Virus record (IMG/VR): IMGVR_UViG_3300021255_003103
Span: 44,954 to 108,953 of that record
Origin: a virus
Lineage: Duplodnaviria; Heunggongvirae; Uroviricota; Caudoviricetes
DNA: 64,000 nt
Direction: 5' to 3' (one strand)
The notes below the pieces were generated by a model that searched no databases, was not told the origin of the DNA, and worked only from the letters and a program-made list of their open reading frames with translations. The translations under genes were made by a program, and so were the position numbers. This document shows positions 9,945 to 20,631 of the stretch, in pieces. The first letter of the stretch is position 1, and the number at the start of each line of letters is the position of its first letter.

Positions 9945-12170
9945 ATGAAATCATTTCCAAGTACATTAAATGAATCACAAAATATGTACGGATCTAATAG
10001 ATCTCAATCATATGAATCAACATTTGATATTGAAAGAATTAAACATGGTGCATTAAATCTTAATAAGAGTGTACCAGTTGTACAAGAAATGCTCAAGCAG
10101 CAAAATATCAATATTTCTAATTATAAGAATTATCCTAGTATGCTTGGAGTTACAAACCCATCAACCATGATTACAGATACTAATCAAATTAATATGACAG
10201 TATCTCAAGGAACCATAACAGAAGAAATTACAGATAAAGATGGTAATGTAACACAAACAACTAAAACTGGTAATTTTGGTGATTTAACATCTACAAAAAG
10301 AGAAAAAGGAGAAGCAATATTCTATGAAAATCCTTTGATGTTGCCAGCAGAAATAATTGCATTAGCTAAAGATTATGACTGGGTATATAAGAAAAGAGTA
10401 AAATCGATTATTAATGCTGAAAAGGAAGGAGATTCAATGAAAGCAAGAATATCTGAAACTGCAGTTGCGCCTTCAATGTTCAATCCAATGTATGGAGTAA
10501 GTGTATGTGGTATAACAAGAAATACTCCGCTTCTTAACGATACTGAAGATATTGAATTAGATCCACAAATAACAGACTGTTCAATTCGTACGTTATGTAC
10601 ATTATCAAAAACAGCAAATTCATCATTAGGACAAGCAAGATATAAATATGCAGATTTTATGTATTGTAAAGATCTTGGAAAAGTATCAAACAATCATTTG
10701 ATTACATTAAGAAAATTTGCTCACCCTATTGGTGATCATATATTTGAATTGACATCTCCTAAATATGTTGCAACTTCTGGTGAGCATTCATTTCAAGTTG
10801 AAGGTGATGTTGGTCGTTTAGTATCATGGTTTGGAACAGATGATAATAGATTGGAAGATATCTGCAAATATAGTTATCATGCTACTTGGAAAGAACTTAA
10901 TGCACAGATTGAAGAACAAGTATCAAAATCGGATGATTCAACTTCAGGCATACTTGGAATGATATCTAATTCATTTAACCCAGTATATAATAATGCAGTT
11001 AATGCTGGTCAAGCAGGTAATCATAGTATATGGGGATGGCTAGGCTCACATTTGTCTTCACATACATATCAAGGTATTGGTCAGAATAATGGTCTATTAA
11101 GAAACTATGACAACAATAAAGTATATACACCAAAAAATACAGTTCAATCAACAAATATATATGAAGGAAAATTAGAGTTTTCACATGAATTCACGTTGAA
11201 TTTTTCATATCAGTTAAGAGCATATGATAATATCAATCCACGAAGTGCATTAACAGATTTGATTGGAAACATACTTGAAGTAACATATAGACGTGGTAAG
11301 TTCTGGGGTGGTGATAGAAAATTAATAGGTCCACCACAAGAATTAGGACCTTTTAATAAGACAAGTGATTTTATTGATAATGCATTTGATAAACTTGGCG
11401 GATTTTTCCAGTCATTAATTAATGGTGGTTTAAATTTCGAAAACATAATAGGAACTATTGGTGCATCGTACGCTAATATACAAGGTGCAGCAATGAACTT
11501 AATGAAAGGCAATGGAATATCTCAAGTAGCAAATGAATTATCTGGTAAAATAAAAGATTTTATTACAACATCAGGTTTTACAGAAGCAGCAAAAGGATAT
11601 TTAAAAAACGCATTAGGTCGTCCAACCTTATATGCATGGCAATCATTATTAAGTGGAGATGATGTTGGATTGTGGCATGTAACAATAGGCAATCCTCGTA
11701 ATCCTATTTTATCAATTGGAAATCTAATATTGACAAATGCAACTGTACAGCACTCAGGTCCTTTAGGAATAGATGATTTTCCATCAGAACTTAAAGTATC
11801 TGTTACATTGAAACATGCTAGACCTCGTGATTTAACAGAAATAAGTCGTATGTATACTAAAGGTGCATCTGCAATATATCATCATTTTGGTCATCATGAT
11901 GTTAATACATTTTTTGGTAATGGTGCATCAACAGTATCTACTGACGGAAAAGATGCTAAGAAAAAGATTAGTGAAGCCTTTAATAAGGATGTTGAATTAT
12001 ACAGTACTACTGATAAAAATAATGAATATAATTTCCAATTTAGACCAGAAATCGATACTGAAGGATTAGTTTCAAATCCATTCTTAAAGACATCTGAAAA
12101 TATTAAGATAATGAGAACTAATAACTGGTCAGATACAATGTTTAGTGTTTCTGTACAAGAAGCAGCTTAA
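9945..12170 (+). CDS. Hypothetical 741-aa protein (possible virion component)
   Basis: Long ATG ORF with no recognisable motifs. Confidence 0.55.
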   Translation: MKSFPSTLNESQNMYGSNRSQSYESTFDIERIKHGALNLNKSVPVVQEMLKQQNINISNYKNYPSMLGVTNPSTMITDTNQINMTVSQGTITEEITDKDGNVTQTTKTGNFGDLTSTKREKGEAIFYENPLMLPAEIIALAKDYDWVYKKRVKSIINAEKEGDSMKARISETAVAPSMFNPMYGVSVCGITRNTPLLNDTEDIELDPQITDCSIRTLCTLSKTANSSLGQARYKYADFMYCKDLGKVSNNHLITLRKFAHPIGDHIFELTSPKYVATSGEHSFQVEGDVGRLVSWFGTDDNRLEDICKYSYHATWKELNAQIEEQVSKSDDSTSGILGMISNSFNPVYNNAVNAGQAGNHSIWGWLGSHLSSHTYQGIGQNNGLLRNYDNNKVYTPKNTVQSTNIYEGKLEFSHEFTLNFSYQLRAYDNINPRSALTDLIGNILEVTYRRGKFWGGDRKLIGPPQELGPFNKTSDFIDNAFDKLGGFFQSLINGGLNFENIIGTIGASYANIQGAAMNLMKGNGISQVANELSGKIKDFITTSGFTEAAKGYLKNALGRPTLYAWQSLLSGDDVGLWHVTIGNPRNPILSIGNLILTNATVQHSGPLGIDDFPSELKVSVTLKHARPRDLTEISRMYTKGASAIYHHFGHHDVNTFFGNGASTVSTDGKDAKKKISEAFNKDVELYSTTDKNNEYNFQFRPEIDTEGLVSNPFLKTSENIKIMRTNNWSDTMFSVSVQEAA

Positions 12171-12251
12171 ATATTTTTTAATATATTTTAACTATATGCA
12201 TATATTATCTATTTTTATATATTAAAGATAAATATATGCATATATTTTTTG

Positions 12252-13310
12252 ATGAATAAACTTTTATACATTGGTCTTAATGGTCTAGCAGGATCTGGTA
12301 AAGATACTGTTGCAAAAATGCTTAAGACAATATTATCTAAAGACTGGGAAACTTTAGATGAATGTAAAGAATATTATTTCTCACGATATACAAATCCTAC
12401 GCAATCTGCAACATTTCCTCCTTCACAATTAGATAAAGATTCTTCAGTATTGTGTATTGCATATGCTGACCAGTTAAAAGAAATATGTTCAACTATATTT
12501 GGTATTCCTGTACAAAGATTTTATCAAAACAAATCAAATGCTTGGATCTGTCTTAATGATAAATTTCAATATACAGAAATAAAACCTGATGAAGAACATC
12601 TTGTAACAGCTGATGATTACTATTATAATCTTTCAGGATATTCTAATACAAATGATATTAAATATTGGATGTCATTAAGAGAAATATTAGTTTACATTGG
12701 CACTTATGTATTACAACAAAATGTAAATAAACAGATTTTTGTAAATATTGTTCGTAATAAAATAAGAGAAGAACAACATAGAAATCCTAATTTAAAATAT
12801 GTAATTATAACAGATAATAGGTTTAATCATGAGCTAAATTATATTTATGAGAATAATGGTATTACAATAACAATTAATCGTAATTCAGTTCAACAGTTAG
12901 ATAATATTGCAGAACATGAACTTGATGATATTGAAGATTATAATTATATAATTGATAATTCAGGTTCTTATGATGAATTATTTAAGACAACATGGGATAT
13001 TGTTCATAATGATGTAATATTTAAGAATAAGACAATTGAATTATATACTCGCGATAACATTGATAATTATCTTAGATTAGTGCAATATGGAAATTCTGAA
13101 AATACAATTTATCAATTATGTTTACCTTATAAGATACAAAAATTATATAAAAATGAAGGTAAGATAACAATGATAGATCCTGTTGGTGGTCCAATTATAT
13201 GTGTAGGACAAGAAATAGAAGGTACTAATATTATTCCAGATTATATATCAATTGATGAACATGAAAATAGAAATGAATTTTTAATATGGGTTAGCAAGGA
13301 GAGTATTTAG
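12252..13310 (+). CDS. P-loop kinase-like protein, T4 gp1 (dNMP kinase)-like N-terminus
   Basis: GLNGLAGSGKDT Walker A resembles T4 dNMP kinase (GVKRSGKDT). ORF-track start 12249 is TTG; ATG is at 12252. Confidence 0.45.
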   Translation: MNKLLYIGLNGLAGSGKDTVAKMLKTILSKDWETLDECKEYYFSRYTNPTQSATFPPSQLDKDSSVLCIAYADQLKEICSTIFGIPVQRFYQNKSNAWICLNDKFQYTEIKPDEEHLVTADDYYYNLSGYSNTNDIKYWMSLREILVYIGTYVLQQNVNKQIFVNIVRNKIREEQHRNPNLKYVIITDNRFNHELNYIYENNGITITINRNSVQQLDNIAEHELDDIEDYNYIIDNSGSYDELFKTTWDIVHNDVIFKNKTIELYTRDNIDNYLRLVQYGNSENTIYQLCLPYKIQKLYKNEGKITMIDPVGGPIICVGQEIEGTNIIPDYISIDEHENRNEFLIWVSKESI

Positions 13311-13326
13311 ATACTCTCCTTTATTA
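13297..13326 (+). terminator. Intrinsic terminator (aaggagagtat..atactctcctt + TTATT) overlapping the stop codon of the upstream gene
   Basis: 11-bp inverted repeat; the TAG stop of the kinase-like gene lies in the loop. Confidence 0.6.
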
Positions 13327-13401
13327 ATTAAAAATACTAATACATAAATATATTATTTTTATTAAATCAAATTAAAAAAATATAAAATTTAAATGATATA
13401 A

Positions 13402-14283
13402 ATGGAATTATCTACTCTATTTGAAATAATAGCAAAATATGGGTGGTGGAGTATTGCTATTGCTGCTGGTATAGGTGCAGTATATCTTTTTGTCAAATTT
13501 TTGGCAAATAAATTGACACATAGTATGAAACATGGATTAGAAGATATGGGTGGCAATATTACAAAATCAATAACAAAACAAATGGAAACTATGTCTGAAT
13601 CAACAGCAACTCAAGTTGAAATGCTATCCAATAATATTGCTAAACAAAATAATGAATTAGTAAAAGCAATAAGTAATCAAAATGAAAAGTTACTTTCTTA
13701 TATTATGCATAGTAAACAAGTTGCTGATGAAATACATGATAAGAGAGTTGAGTTAAGAATGGATATTGCTGAAACTATTATTAATAGGTTAAGAGAGATA
13801 ATGATGACAGCACATGCTCAAAGAGCATTTATTATTGAATTCCATAATTCATTTAAAAATTTAGGTGGAACACCTTTTGCCAAATATACATGTACATATG
13901 AATGGTTTGATAAAGGATTAGACCAAATAGGTTCAAAATGTGTAGCAATGCCATATAGTTCAATGGCAAGAATTGTTGGTGATGTAAAACGTACAGGTGT
14001 TCATCAAAAACTTTATACAGATATTGATTTAATGAAAAATGAAAATCCTCAATTATTTTCATTATTGGGAGATCCTAAAACATTAGCAATATTTTATAAT
14101 ATGCTTTATGATGATAATAATAAAATGACTGGTATGCTTGTTTTAGAATGGCAAACAGATTTTGATATACATGTATGGAATAGAGCAAAAATGCCAGGAT
14201 ATCTTTCACGTGAATCAATACAAATATCGACATGGCTTAATTTGAAATGCCAATCAATTGAATCTAATGAAACAGAAGAATAA
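13402..14283 (+). CDS. Membrane-anchored (N-terminal TM) coiled-coil protein, first gene of a cell-wall hydrolase operon
   Basis: TM WWSIAIAAGIGAVYLFVKFLA followed by coiled-coil-like sequence. Stop overlaps the next start (TAATG). Confidence 0.5.
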   Translation: MELSTLFEIIAKYGWWSIAIAAGIGAVYLFVKFLANKLTHSMKHGLEDMGGNITKSITKQMETMSESTATQVEMLSNNIAKQNNELVKAISNQNEKLLSYIMHSKQVADEIHDKRVELRMDIAETIINRLREIMMTAHAQRAFIIEFHNSFKNLGGTPFAKYTCTYEWFDKGLDQIGSKCVAMPYSSMARIVGDVKRTGVHQKLYTDIDLMKNENPQLFSLLGDPKTLAIFYNMLYDDNNKMTGMLVLEWQTDFDIHVWNRAKMPGYLSRESIQISTWLNLKCQSIESNETEE

Positions 14284-15113
14284 TGCTTGACGAATCTGAA
14301 ATATATATAAAAGAATTATCTCATGCAATTATAAATTTATATAAACTATGCATAGAAGATATGGGATATGATATGGGAGATACTAATAATAAAATTGAAT
14401 ATCGTAATTATCTATTTGATAATCCAATTAAGCTTAAAGATCCATTTTCAGCAGATGATAAATCTATAGACGATGGAACTGGTGGACCACCAACAGTATC
14501 TGCAAGAATTTCTAGTGGTCAAACAAAAGCAAATGCTCTTAAAGTTATTTCAATGCTTATGAGTGATTTAGGATTGACTAAAGCACAAGCTGCTGGAGTT
14601 GCTGGTGTTATGACTGCAGAATCTGGTGTTAATCCTGGCATTGTTAATATTGGAGAAAAAAGAGGCACATACAAGTCTTCAGGGGCAAATAATGAAGGTA
14701 CCCCTTATGGTACTAAGCATTCTCCTTGGAGCTATGGAGCTGGCATATGCCAATGGACATATTGTGATAGAAAAGAAAAAGCAATAATGGGAGGTCTTGG
14801 TGTTTCAAAACAAGAAGCAATAAATATTATAAAGACAAAAGGAATTGAAGGATTATCATTAGAACAGCAAATTAAAATGCTTGAATATGAATTTAAGACT
14901 TCATATAAATATACATTAACTGGCTTAAAGAAATGCACTACTGCTGAACAAGCAGCTGCGACATTTTATTGTCATGCTCTTGCTGGATATTCTACATCAA
15001 CAGAACCAGCAACAAATTCAGAAATAGCAAAAAAGAATGCAGCATATTCTAAAGTTGGAGCTAATTCACAGATTAATAAAGGCATGTCATATGCCAAAGG
15101 ATATATGACATAA
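14283..15113 (+). CDS. Phage tail lysozyme-domain protein (peptidoglycan hydrolase)
   Basis: The AAGVAGVMTAESGVNPG ... GAGICQWT pattern matches the phage tail lysozyme family signature (G-x-x-G-N-x-x-x-ES ... GI-x-QWT). Confidence 0.55.
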   Translation: MLDESEIYIKELSHAIINLYKLCIEDMGYDMGDTNNKIEYRNYLFDNPIKLKDPFSADDKSIDDGTGGPPTVSARISSGQTKANALKVISMLMSDLGLTKAQAAGVAGVMTAESGVNPGIVNIGEKRGTYKSSGANNEGTPYGTKHSPWSYGAGICQWTYCDRKEKAIMGGLGVSKQEAINIIKTKGIEGLSLEQQIKMLEYEFKTSYKYTLTGLKKCTTAEQAAATFYCHALAGYSTSTEPATNSEIAKKNAAYSKVGANSQINKGMSYAKGYMT

Positions 15114-15114
15114 T

Positions 15115-15705
15115 ATGGAAGATACTAATAAGCAAGAAAAACACGAAATATATTTTGATAATGCAAAAAAACAATATTATACAAATGAAAGTATATTAAG
15201 AGGCATTATGTATCATATATTTATGAATACTTCAAAAACGAAAGATCCGAATAATCCATATAGTTCAAATAAACCAGTAGAAAATTTAGATCCTGGTATA
15301 TTTAGAAAAAATCCTAATGGTTGGAATATTCAAAATGCATGCAATTGGATTCATACGCATGCAGCATCATGTTCTAGTCATCAATGTGCAAAATATGTTA
15401 GAATGGGAATTGAAGCAGGAGGCTTATCAACTGCTGGTAGACCTACCTGGGCATGGAAATATATAAATTATTTACCAACAATAGGATTTAAATTTATTGA
15501 TAAAGTTGATAATTCTTATCAAGGAGAAAAAGGTCCTTATAGACCAGAGCCAGGTGATATTGCAGTATATACAAAAGGAGGAGATCAAAGTGTGCCTGGA
15601 CATATATGCATGTGGACTGGAGCTGAATGGGCTTCTGATTTTAGACAAAAAAATATGATTGTATATAAATCAACACATCAAGCTTACATATTTAGATTTG
15701 ATTAA
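15115..15705 (+). CDS. CHAP-domain (Cys/His amidohydrolase/peptidase) protein
   Basis: CAKYVRMGIEAGG (Cys motif) and GDIAVYTKGG...GHICMW (His motif) are in CHAP order. Translationally coupled to the flanking genes. Confidence 0.55.
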   Translation: MEDTNKQEKHEIYFDNAKKQYYTNESILRGIMYHIFMNTSKTKDPNNPYSSNKPVENLDPGIFRKNPNGWNIQNACNWIHTHAASCSSHQCAKYVRMGIEAGGLSTAGRPTWAWKYINYLPTIGFKFIDKVDNSYQGEKGPYRPEPGDIAVYTKGGDQSVPGHICMWTGAEWASDFRQKNMIVYKSTHQAYIFRFD

Positions 15706-15707
15706 TT

Positions 15708-17339
15708 ATGGATTTTAATAATTATAATTGTTTAGGCGGTTGCAATCCACCACAAGAAGTAATATTAACATATGCTATAAACGATATAAGTAAGATTACA
15801 ATTAACAATAATTGTAATCCTTATGATGTGTCAGATTTACAATATAGTTACAGTATTGATGACTTATGCTGGTCATGTTATATGTCATATGATGATTGTT
15901 TATCTAATACAATTGAATTAGATTCTGATTTTTTTATTAAGGTTAAAGTTTCAGGTCCGATATGTAATGTAACTTATGATAATGAATCAGTAGATTATAA
16001 TGTTCAATTAGTACAAGGATTCAATTTCAATAGTGATACCAGTTCAAATACATATGATCCTTATGCAAATTTAGAAGGCGCATTACAATTACAGCAAGCA
16101 TTAGCAGAAAATGTTTCAAATATTGTAGGATTACCAATATATTATTTTAAGTTAAAACCAGAAGCAAATTCTAAAGATTTGACATTTAAAGAATATACAT
16201 TAATGAATGTTGATTCTGTTAAGCAAATAAAGATGGTTATACAAGATGGTGTTATGCCATCGTCAAAACCAGAATTTGCTGATTGGGGATTAGATTTTCA
16301 GAATGACTGGGAACCTGAAATTACTAAACAGTCATTTGCAACTGCATTTGGAATCAATGCACAGCCAATGGAAGGTGATTTTATATATGTTCCTGTAATG
16401 AAAAGAATGTGGATGGTTAATGGAGCATATGAAGAAAAGAATGGTAATTTAATGTGGCAAGCAACAACTTTTAAAGTAATGCTTTCAAAATACCAAGAAA
16501 AAGATTCAGTAAATTTACAAGATACCGAAGATTTAGTTAACACATTAGTTAAGAACAAATATGAAGATTTGTTTGGTGATGATAATAATCAGACATATGA
16601 TTCAGGAGAATCTAGCAATTCAGCTCCAATATATGCAGCAAACAACTTATATAATGTATATGAATCAGATGCAACAAGAAAATACATGACTTGTGATACA
16701 ATATCAATTGAACCAAACAATATATATTATAGAGGTACATTAATTTCAGACTCTAAATATATGTTTATGACAAATACAGTAGAATCAAAAGTTATATATC
16801 AAAAGCAATTTTGTGGAGAAGAATGCACATGTTCTTTTATTATAAATCCTTTAATTGGTGATTATGAAGGCACTATTGTTCATATTGGAAATATTAATAT
16901 AAATATAAAACAAGATATTAATATTGCAAAATTATATATAGATGTTGATACAAATAATACAATAGATTTATATTTGAATGAAATATATTTAGTTATTTTA
17001 CGATTTAGCAAATGCATGAATCTAATAGATTTTAATGCATATAAATATACATTTAATCATAATATTCCATTATATAAGTTGCAAAATAATCATTATTGGT
17101 TTGATATGGATAATCCAATTTCAAGTTATATAAGTAAATATAATATTGAATATTCAACTACAAATAAATCTGATGTTTGGATTAGCAATTTATATGGAAC
17201 ATTAACAAATTTCAAGTTATTTGATGTATATAATGATACTCTTTCAGATATGCTTGAAATGTATCCAACGCATCAGCATTTAATGATTAATGATACTGCT
17301 CGAAAAATTGTTGGTCTTCCAGGAGTAACTCCAAAATAA
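15708..17339 (+). CDS. Hypothetical 543-aa protein (last gene of the hydrolase operon; possibly virion-associated)
   Basis: ATG ORF coupled to the upstream gene and followed by a terminator. Confidence 0.5.
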   Translation: MDFNNYNCLGGCNPPQEVILTYAINDISKITINNNCNPYDVSDLQYSYSIDDLCWSCYMSYDDCLSNTIELDSDFFIKVKVSGPICNVTYDNESVDYNVQLVQGFNFNSDTSSNTYDPYANLEGALQLQQALAENVSNIVGLPIYYFKLKPEANSKDLTFKEYTLMNVDSVKQIKMVIQDGVMPSSKPEFADWGLDFQNDWEPEITKQSFATAFGINAQPMEGDFIYVPVMKRMWMVNGAYEEKNGNLMWQATTFKVMLSKYQEKDSVNLQDTEDLVNTLVKNKYEDLFGDDNNQTYDSGESSNSAPIYAANNLYNVYESDATRKYMTCDTISIEPNNIYYRGTLISDSKYMFMTNTVESKVIYQKQFCGEECTCSFIINPLIGDYEGTIVHIGNININIKQDINIAKLYIDVDTNNTIDLYLNEIYLVILRFSKCMNLIDFNAYKYTFNHNIPLYKLQNNHYWFDMDNPISSYISKYNIEYSTTNKSDVWISNLYGTLTNFKLFDVYNDTLSDMLEMYPTHQHLMINDTARKIVGLPGVTPK

Positions 17340-17364
17340 ATATTATAAAATATTATATAAAAAA

Positions 17365-17400
17365 TATCCCAGTATTTGAAAAAGTACTGGGATGTACTAT
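17365..17400 (+). terminator. Intrinsic terminator (atcccagtact..agtactgggat + T-rich)
   Basis: 11-bp inverted repeat after the 543-aa ORF. Confidence 0.6.
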
Positions 17401-17431
17401 TTTATAAATATAATAAAAATAATTTATATTG

Positions 17432-17986
17432 ATGGCTAAGAACAAAGGATATCAAAAAGAAGGTAAACATGATTATTTTAATCATGGAATATCTTATGCA
17501 GGAGGAAAAAATAAGTCTATACAAGATATTATAGATGATAATGATAAAAGTTTAAAATTATCTTTAAGTAGACTTAAGAAGGCATATGAAATAGCGGAAG
17601 AATACGGAATTACTAATACGACATTAAGAAAAAAATATTCATTGGATCATAATACATGTTCTATTGATTTATTAGAGTTTGATTGGGATTATAATAGTAA
17701 GACGTATTTGCAGTTATTGCCTTATGAAGTAGCTAAGAAAAATGTTATTAATCGTCATCATCGTTGTAATAATATTTATTCATATCAAAAAAGGATAGTT
17801 AATAAAGATAATCAAAAGTTTGTATATAATTCAGGTAGTGGAAGCTCATCATGGCCTATTGTAAGAATTCCATCATTAAAAAGATCTAAACAAGTTTGGA
17901 AAAGATTCTATGAATTATTTCCAAGATATGAAGAGATGAGTCATGATCCAGAATTAAGAAAACGATATTCTTTAAAGAAAATTTAA
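17432..17986 (+). CDS. Hypothetical protein (~184 aa)
   Basis: ORF-track start 17429 is TTG; ATG is at 17432. Confidence 0.45.
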   Translation: MAKNKGYQKEGKHDYFNHGISYAGGKNKSIQDIIDDNDKSLKLSLSRLKKAYEIAEEYGITNTTLRKKYSLDHNTCSIDLLEFDWDYNSKTYLQLLPYEVAKKNVINRHHRCNNIYSYQKRIVNKDNQKFVYNSGSGSSSWPIVRIPSLKRSKQVWKRFYELFPRYEEMSHDPELRKRYSLKKI

Positions 17987-18008
17987 TAATTAAAATTTAT
18001 AATTAAAT

Positions 18009-18371
18009 ATGAGAAATTTGGATTATAGACGTAAGCAAGAAGCAAAGCATTATAAAAAGCGTTTAGAAGTTGCTGTAGCTATACGGCGTTACAAGAAAGT
18101 CAATAATATGATTATGCCAGTGTCAGAAAATAAAAATGATATCCCAGGATATTATCAATGGAGTCATAATAATGTAGATGAAAATAAGATATCATATAAA
18201 CGTTGGAAATATGCATTAAAGAATAATTCAATTAATTCAGATTTGGATCCGTGGATGAAGCGTCATTGTAGGAGAACCAGAAGACATTTTCAGAAAATGG
18301 TTGATTATAAGTTGCCTGATAAGAAATTTCTAGTACGAGCACAAGTAATTTACCCTCGAGATATTGTTTAA
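18009..18371 (+). CDS. Hypothetical basic protein (120 aa)
   Basis: ATG ORF, Lys/Arg-rich. Confidence 0.45.
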   Translation: MRNLDYRRKQEAKHYKKRLEVAVAIRRYKKVNNMIMPVSENKNDIPGYYQWSHNNVDENKISYKRWKYALKNNSINSDLDPWMKRHCRRTRRHFQKMVDYKLPDKKFLVRAQVIYPRDIV

Positions 18372-18396
18372 GGTAGCATAATGCTACCTTTTTTGA
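18371..18396 (+). terminator. Intrinsic terminator (aggtagcat..atgctacct + TTTTTT)
   Basis: Perfect 9-bp stem plus T6. Confidence 0.8.
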
Positions 18397-18641
18397 TTAT
18401 TATTTTTTATTTTTAATTATATAAATTAAAGCAATAAATATTATATGTAAGGTGCTTATGGAATATAGAGGTATTAAAGCATCGGAGCTTATAAAAGAAC
18501 TTAAAAAATATATTCATCAATTTGGTGACTTATATGTGGTTAAAAATAAAAATGGAGATATATGGCCAATTTATTTTATTAATCATTTTCCAAATACTAA
18601 CTATTTTGAATTAACATGAAATAAAAAATATAAATCAAAAC

Positions 18642-19277
18642 ATGAAAAACTTAAGTAATTATATTTTAGAATCATATAACACTGAAAAATGGAGTGGATA
18701 TAATCCGGCATTTAATTTATTTAGCGAAGATCCTATTGATTCTTTTAATTATAATGATATTATTACATATTTAAAAAATTTTCTTAATAATAATATTTAT
18801 TATGAACAAACATTTATAATAAAAGATAGAAATTTATCTGGATTTTGTGATATAACTGATAAACAAAGTAAAGAATGGTTAGATACTAAAAATGATGATC
18901 ATAAACGTAAATTTTCATTAGAAGATATTTTGAGTGTTAAATTATCAGAAAAAATATTTTTTGGCAAATTTACTCAAACAGGAAAAATAACAAAAAATGT
19001 TTATGGTTATTTAAAAATTGGTAAATCTAATAATGAAGTATTAATATTAAGTTATACAGAAAATAAAGATGAAGCAATTTTATTTGATACTGTTAAAGAT
19101 TTATTAGATGAAATCAAAAAATATAAAGAAGTAAAAATAGAATTACCAAAAGGTTATGCTGCAAGTAAACAAAACTATGCAAATAGTGTTGAATTATATG
19201 CAGATTTTTCTATAATGAATAAAAAATTTAAACCTAAACACGATACATGTGAATTAGGTATATTTATATATAAATGA
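18642..19277 (+). CDS. CTS-like-tagged hypothetical protein (MKNLSNYILES...)
   Basis: N-terminus carries the family tag MK-x-L-x-x-YILES. Confidence 0.55.
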   Translation: MKNLSNYILESYNTEKWSGYNPAFNLFSEDPIDSFNYNDIITYLKNFLNNNIYYEQTFIIKDRNLSGFCDITDKQSKEWLDTKNDDHKRKFSLEDILSVKLSEKIFFGKFTQTGKITKNVYGYLKIGKSNNEVLILSYTENKDEAILFDTVKDLLDEIKKYKEVKIELPKGYAASKQNYANSVELYADFSIMNKKFKPKHDTCELGIFIYK

Positions 19278-19495
19278 TATCATTACAACAATTTTTATTG
19301 GAAAATTATGAAATTTCCAAAATTACATTAACTGAAGAACTTCATGACGTAATTGTTAAAGTTGGAGATTATTGGAGAATAAAAGGTCATGCTGGAAAAG
19401 GAACAAATACACCTAAAAGAGGATATTGGAAAGCAAAATATGAAACAAAAGAAAAGGCTGAAAATGCATTAAAAGCATACTTTGCAAATAAATAA
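19274..19495 (+). CDS. CTS-like-tagged small protein (MISLQQFLLENYE...)
   Basis: Degenerate family tag; overlaps the upstream stop (ATGA). Confidence 0.45.
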   Translation: MISLQQFLLENYEISKITLTEELHDVIVKVGDYWRIKGHAGKGTNTPKRGYWKAKYETKEKAENALKAYFANK

Positions 19496-19507
19496 TATGA
19501 TTTAAAT

Positions 19508-19954
19508 ATGAAGGCATTTAAAGATTATATTTTAGAAGATAAAGTTACAGAATTTAATTATGCTTCTGAAGGAGATCATAATTTTATTGATGAGGTAATT
19601 GAATTATTGGAATCTAATGGATTTAATAAGACTGAAAAAAGGATATTAAAACCAAAAGAATATAAGATAGTAAATAATGGTTATGAATTATTTGTACGTT
19701 CTGAACAGCATAAAACTATAAAGAATACTAAATTAGTATGTATTCGTAAAGGAGATAATGGTAAATATGACTATTATTATAAATTTTCAAATGATTCTTT
19801 TTGGAGATATACATTTTCTAATAAACAACAAATAGTTAGATTTAGAGATTATCAACACGCACAAACAGGTATATTTGATGTAAAAGATTCTAAATGGCAT
19901 GATAGAATATTACAATCAATAAGAGGAATATTTAATATTAAAAAGGATAAATAA
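19508..19954 (+). CDS. CTS-like-tagged hypothetical protein (MKAFKDYILED...)
   Basis: Family tag at the N-terminus. Confidence 0.5.
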   Translation: MKAFKDYILEDKVTEFNYASEGDHNFIDEVIELLESNGFNKTEKRILKPKEYKIVNNGYELFVRSEQHKTIKNTKLVCIRKGDNGKYDYYYKFSNDSFWRYTFSNKQQIVRFRDYQHAQTGIFDVKDSKWHDRILQSIRGIFNIKKDK

Positions 19955-20598
19955 TGAAACCAATAACTGCATATATTTTTGAAAAGATAAAAAATCTTCC
20001 TGAATCTATTAAAGGATTGATTGTATTCGATATTGATGATACAATATTGAGAGTTGATCCTTCATTAATGGGTGTCTATAAGAAAGAACCAGGTAAAGAT
20101 GAAATACGATTAACAACTGATGAATTTGCTAAAGATCCAGATGCAGAAGACGAATCTAAAAAATCATGGTTTGATTATAGGGATTTTAGAGACCCTGTAA
20201 AAGTATATAATTCAATTATTTCAGGAACTCCTCTTATAAAGAATTTGAAGATAATGGATGACTATATTAAAGCTGGATATGATTTTTGCTTTTTGACAGC
20301 TCGTGGTTGTGAAGATACAATCAAGAAGGCTATAGGAGATTTCCTGAAGTTCAGAGATAAAGATGGTGCACTAAAAGAACTGGGTGATTCATTCAAGAAA
20401 ACATTTTCTCATGCTGTAAATGATGAAATAAAGAAATATCCAGGTAAGACAGATGCTGAGAAAAAAGGAAATGTATTGAAAAAACTTTGCAAGAAATATG
20501 ACAGAGTGGTATTTGTTGATGATGACCAGAAAAATGTACGTGCTGCTCGAGGATTAAATATAGATAATCTTAAAGTTATCAAAGCATGGGATGAATAA
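19954..20598 (+). CDS. HAD-superfamily phosphatase, T4 Pnkp 3'-phosphatase-domain-like, with CTS-like tag (MKPITAYIFEK)
   Basis: DxDxT motif in LIVFDIDDTIL, plus FLTARG and VVFVDDDQKNV blocks, align with the T4 polynucleotide kinase/phosphatase C-terminal domain. Confidence 0.6.
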   Translation: MKPITAYIFEKIKNLPESIKGLIVFDIDDTILRVDPSLMGVYKKEPGKDEIRLTTDEFAKDPDAEDESKKSWFDYRDFRDPVKVYNSIISGTPLIKNLKIMDDYIKAGYDFCFLTARGCEDTIKKAIGDFLKFRDKDGALKELGDSFKKTFSHAVNDEIKKYPGKTDAEKKGNVLKKLCKKYDRVVFVDDDQKNVRAARGLNIDNLKVIKAWDE

Positions 20599-20631
20599 TA
20601 TTAAAATTAAAATTTGGGATAAATAAAAATC

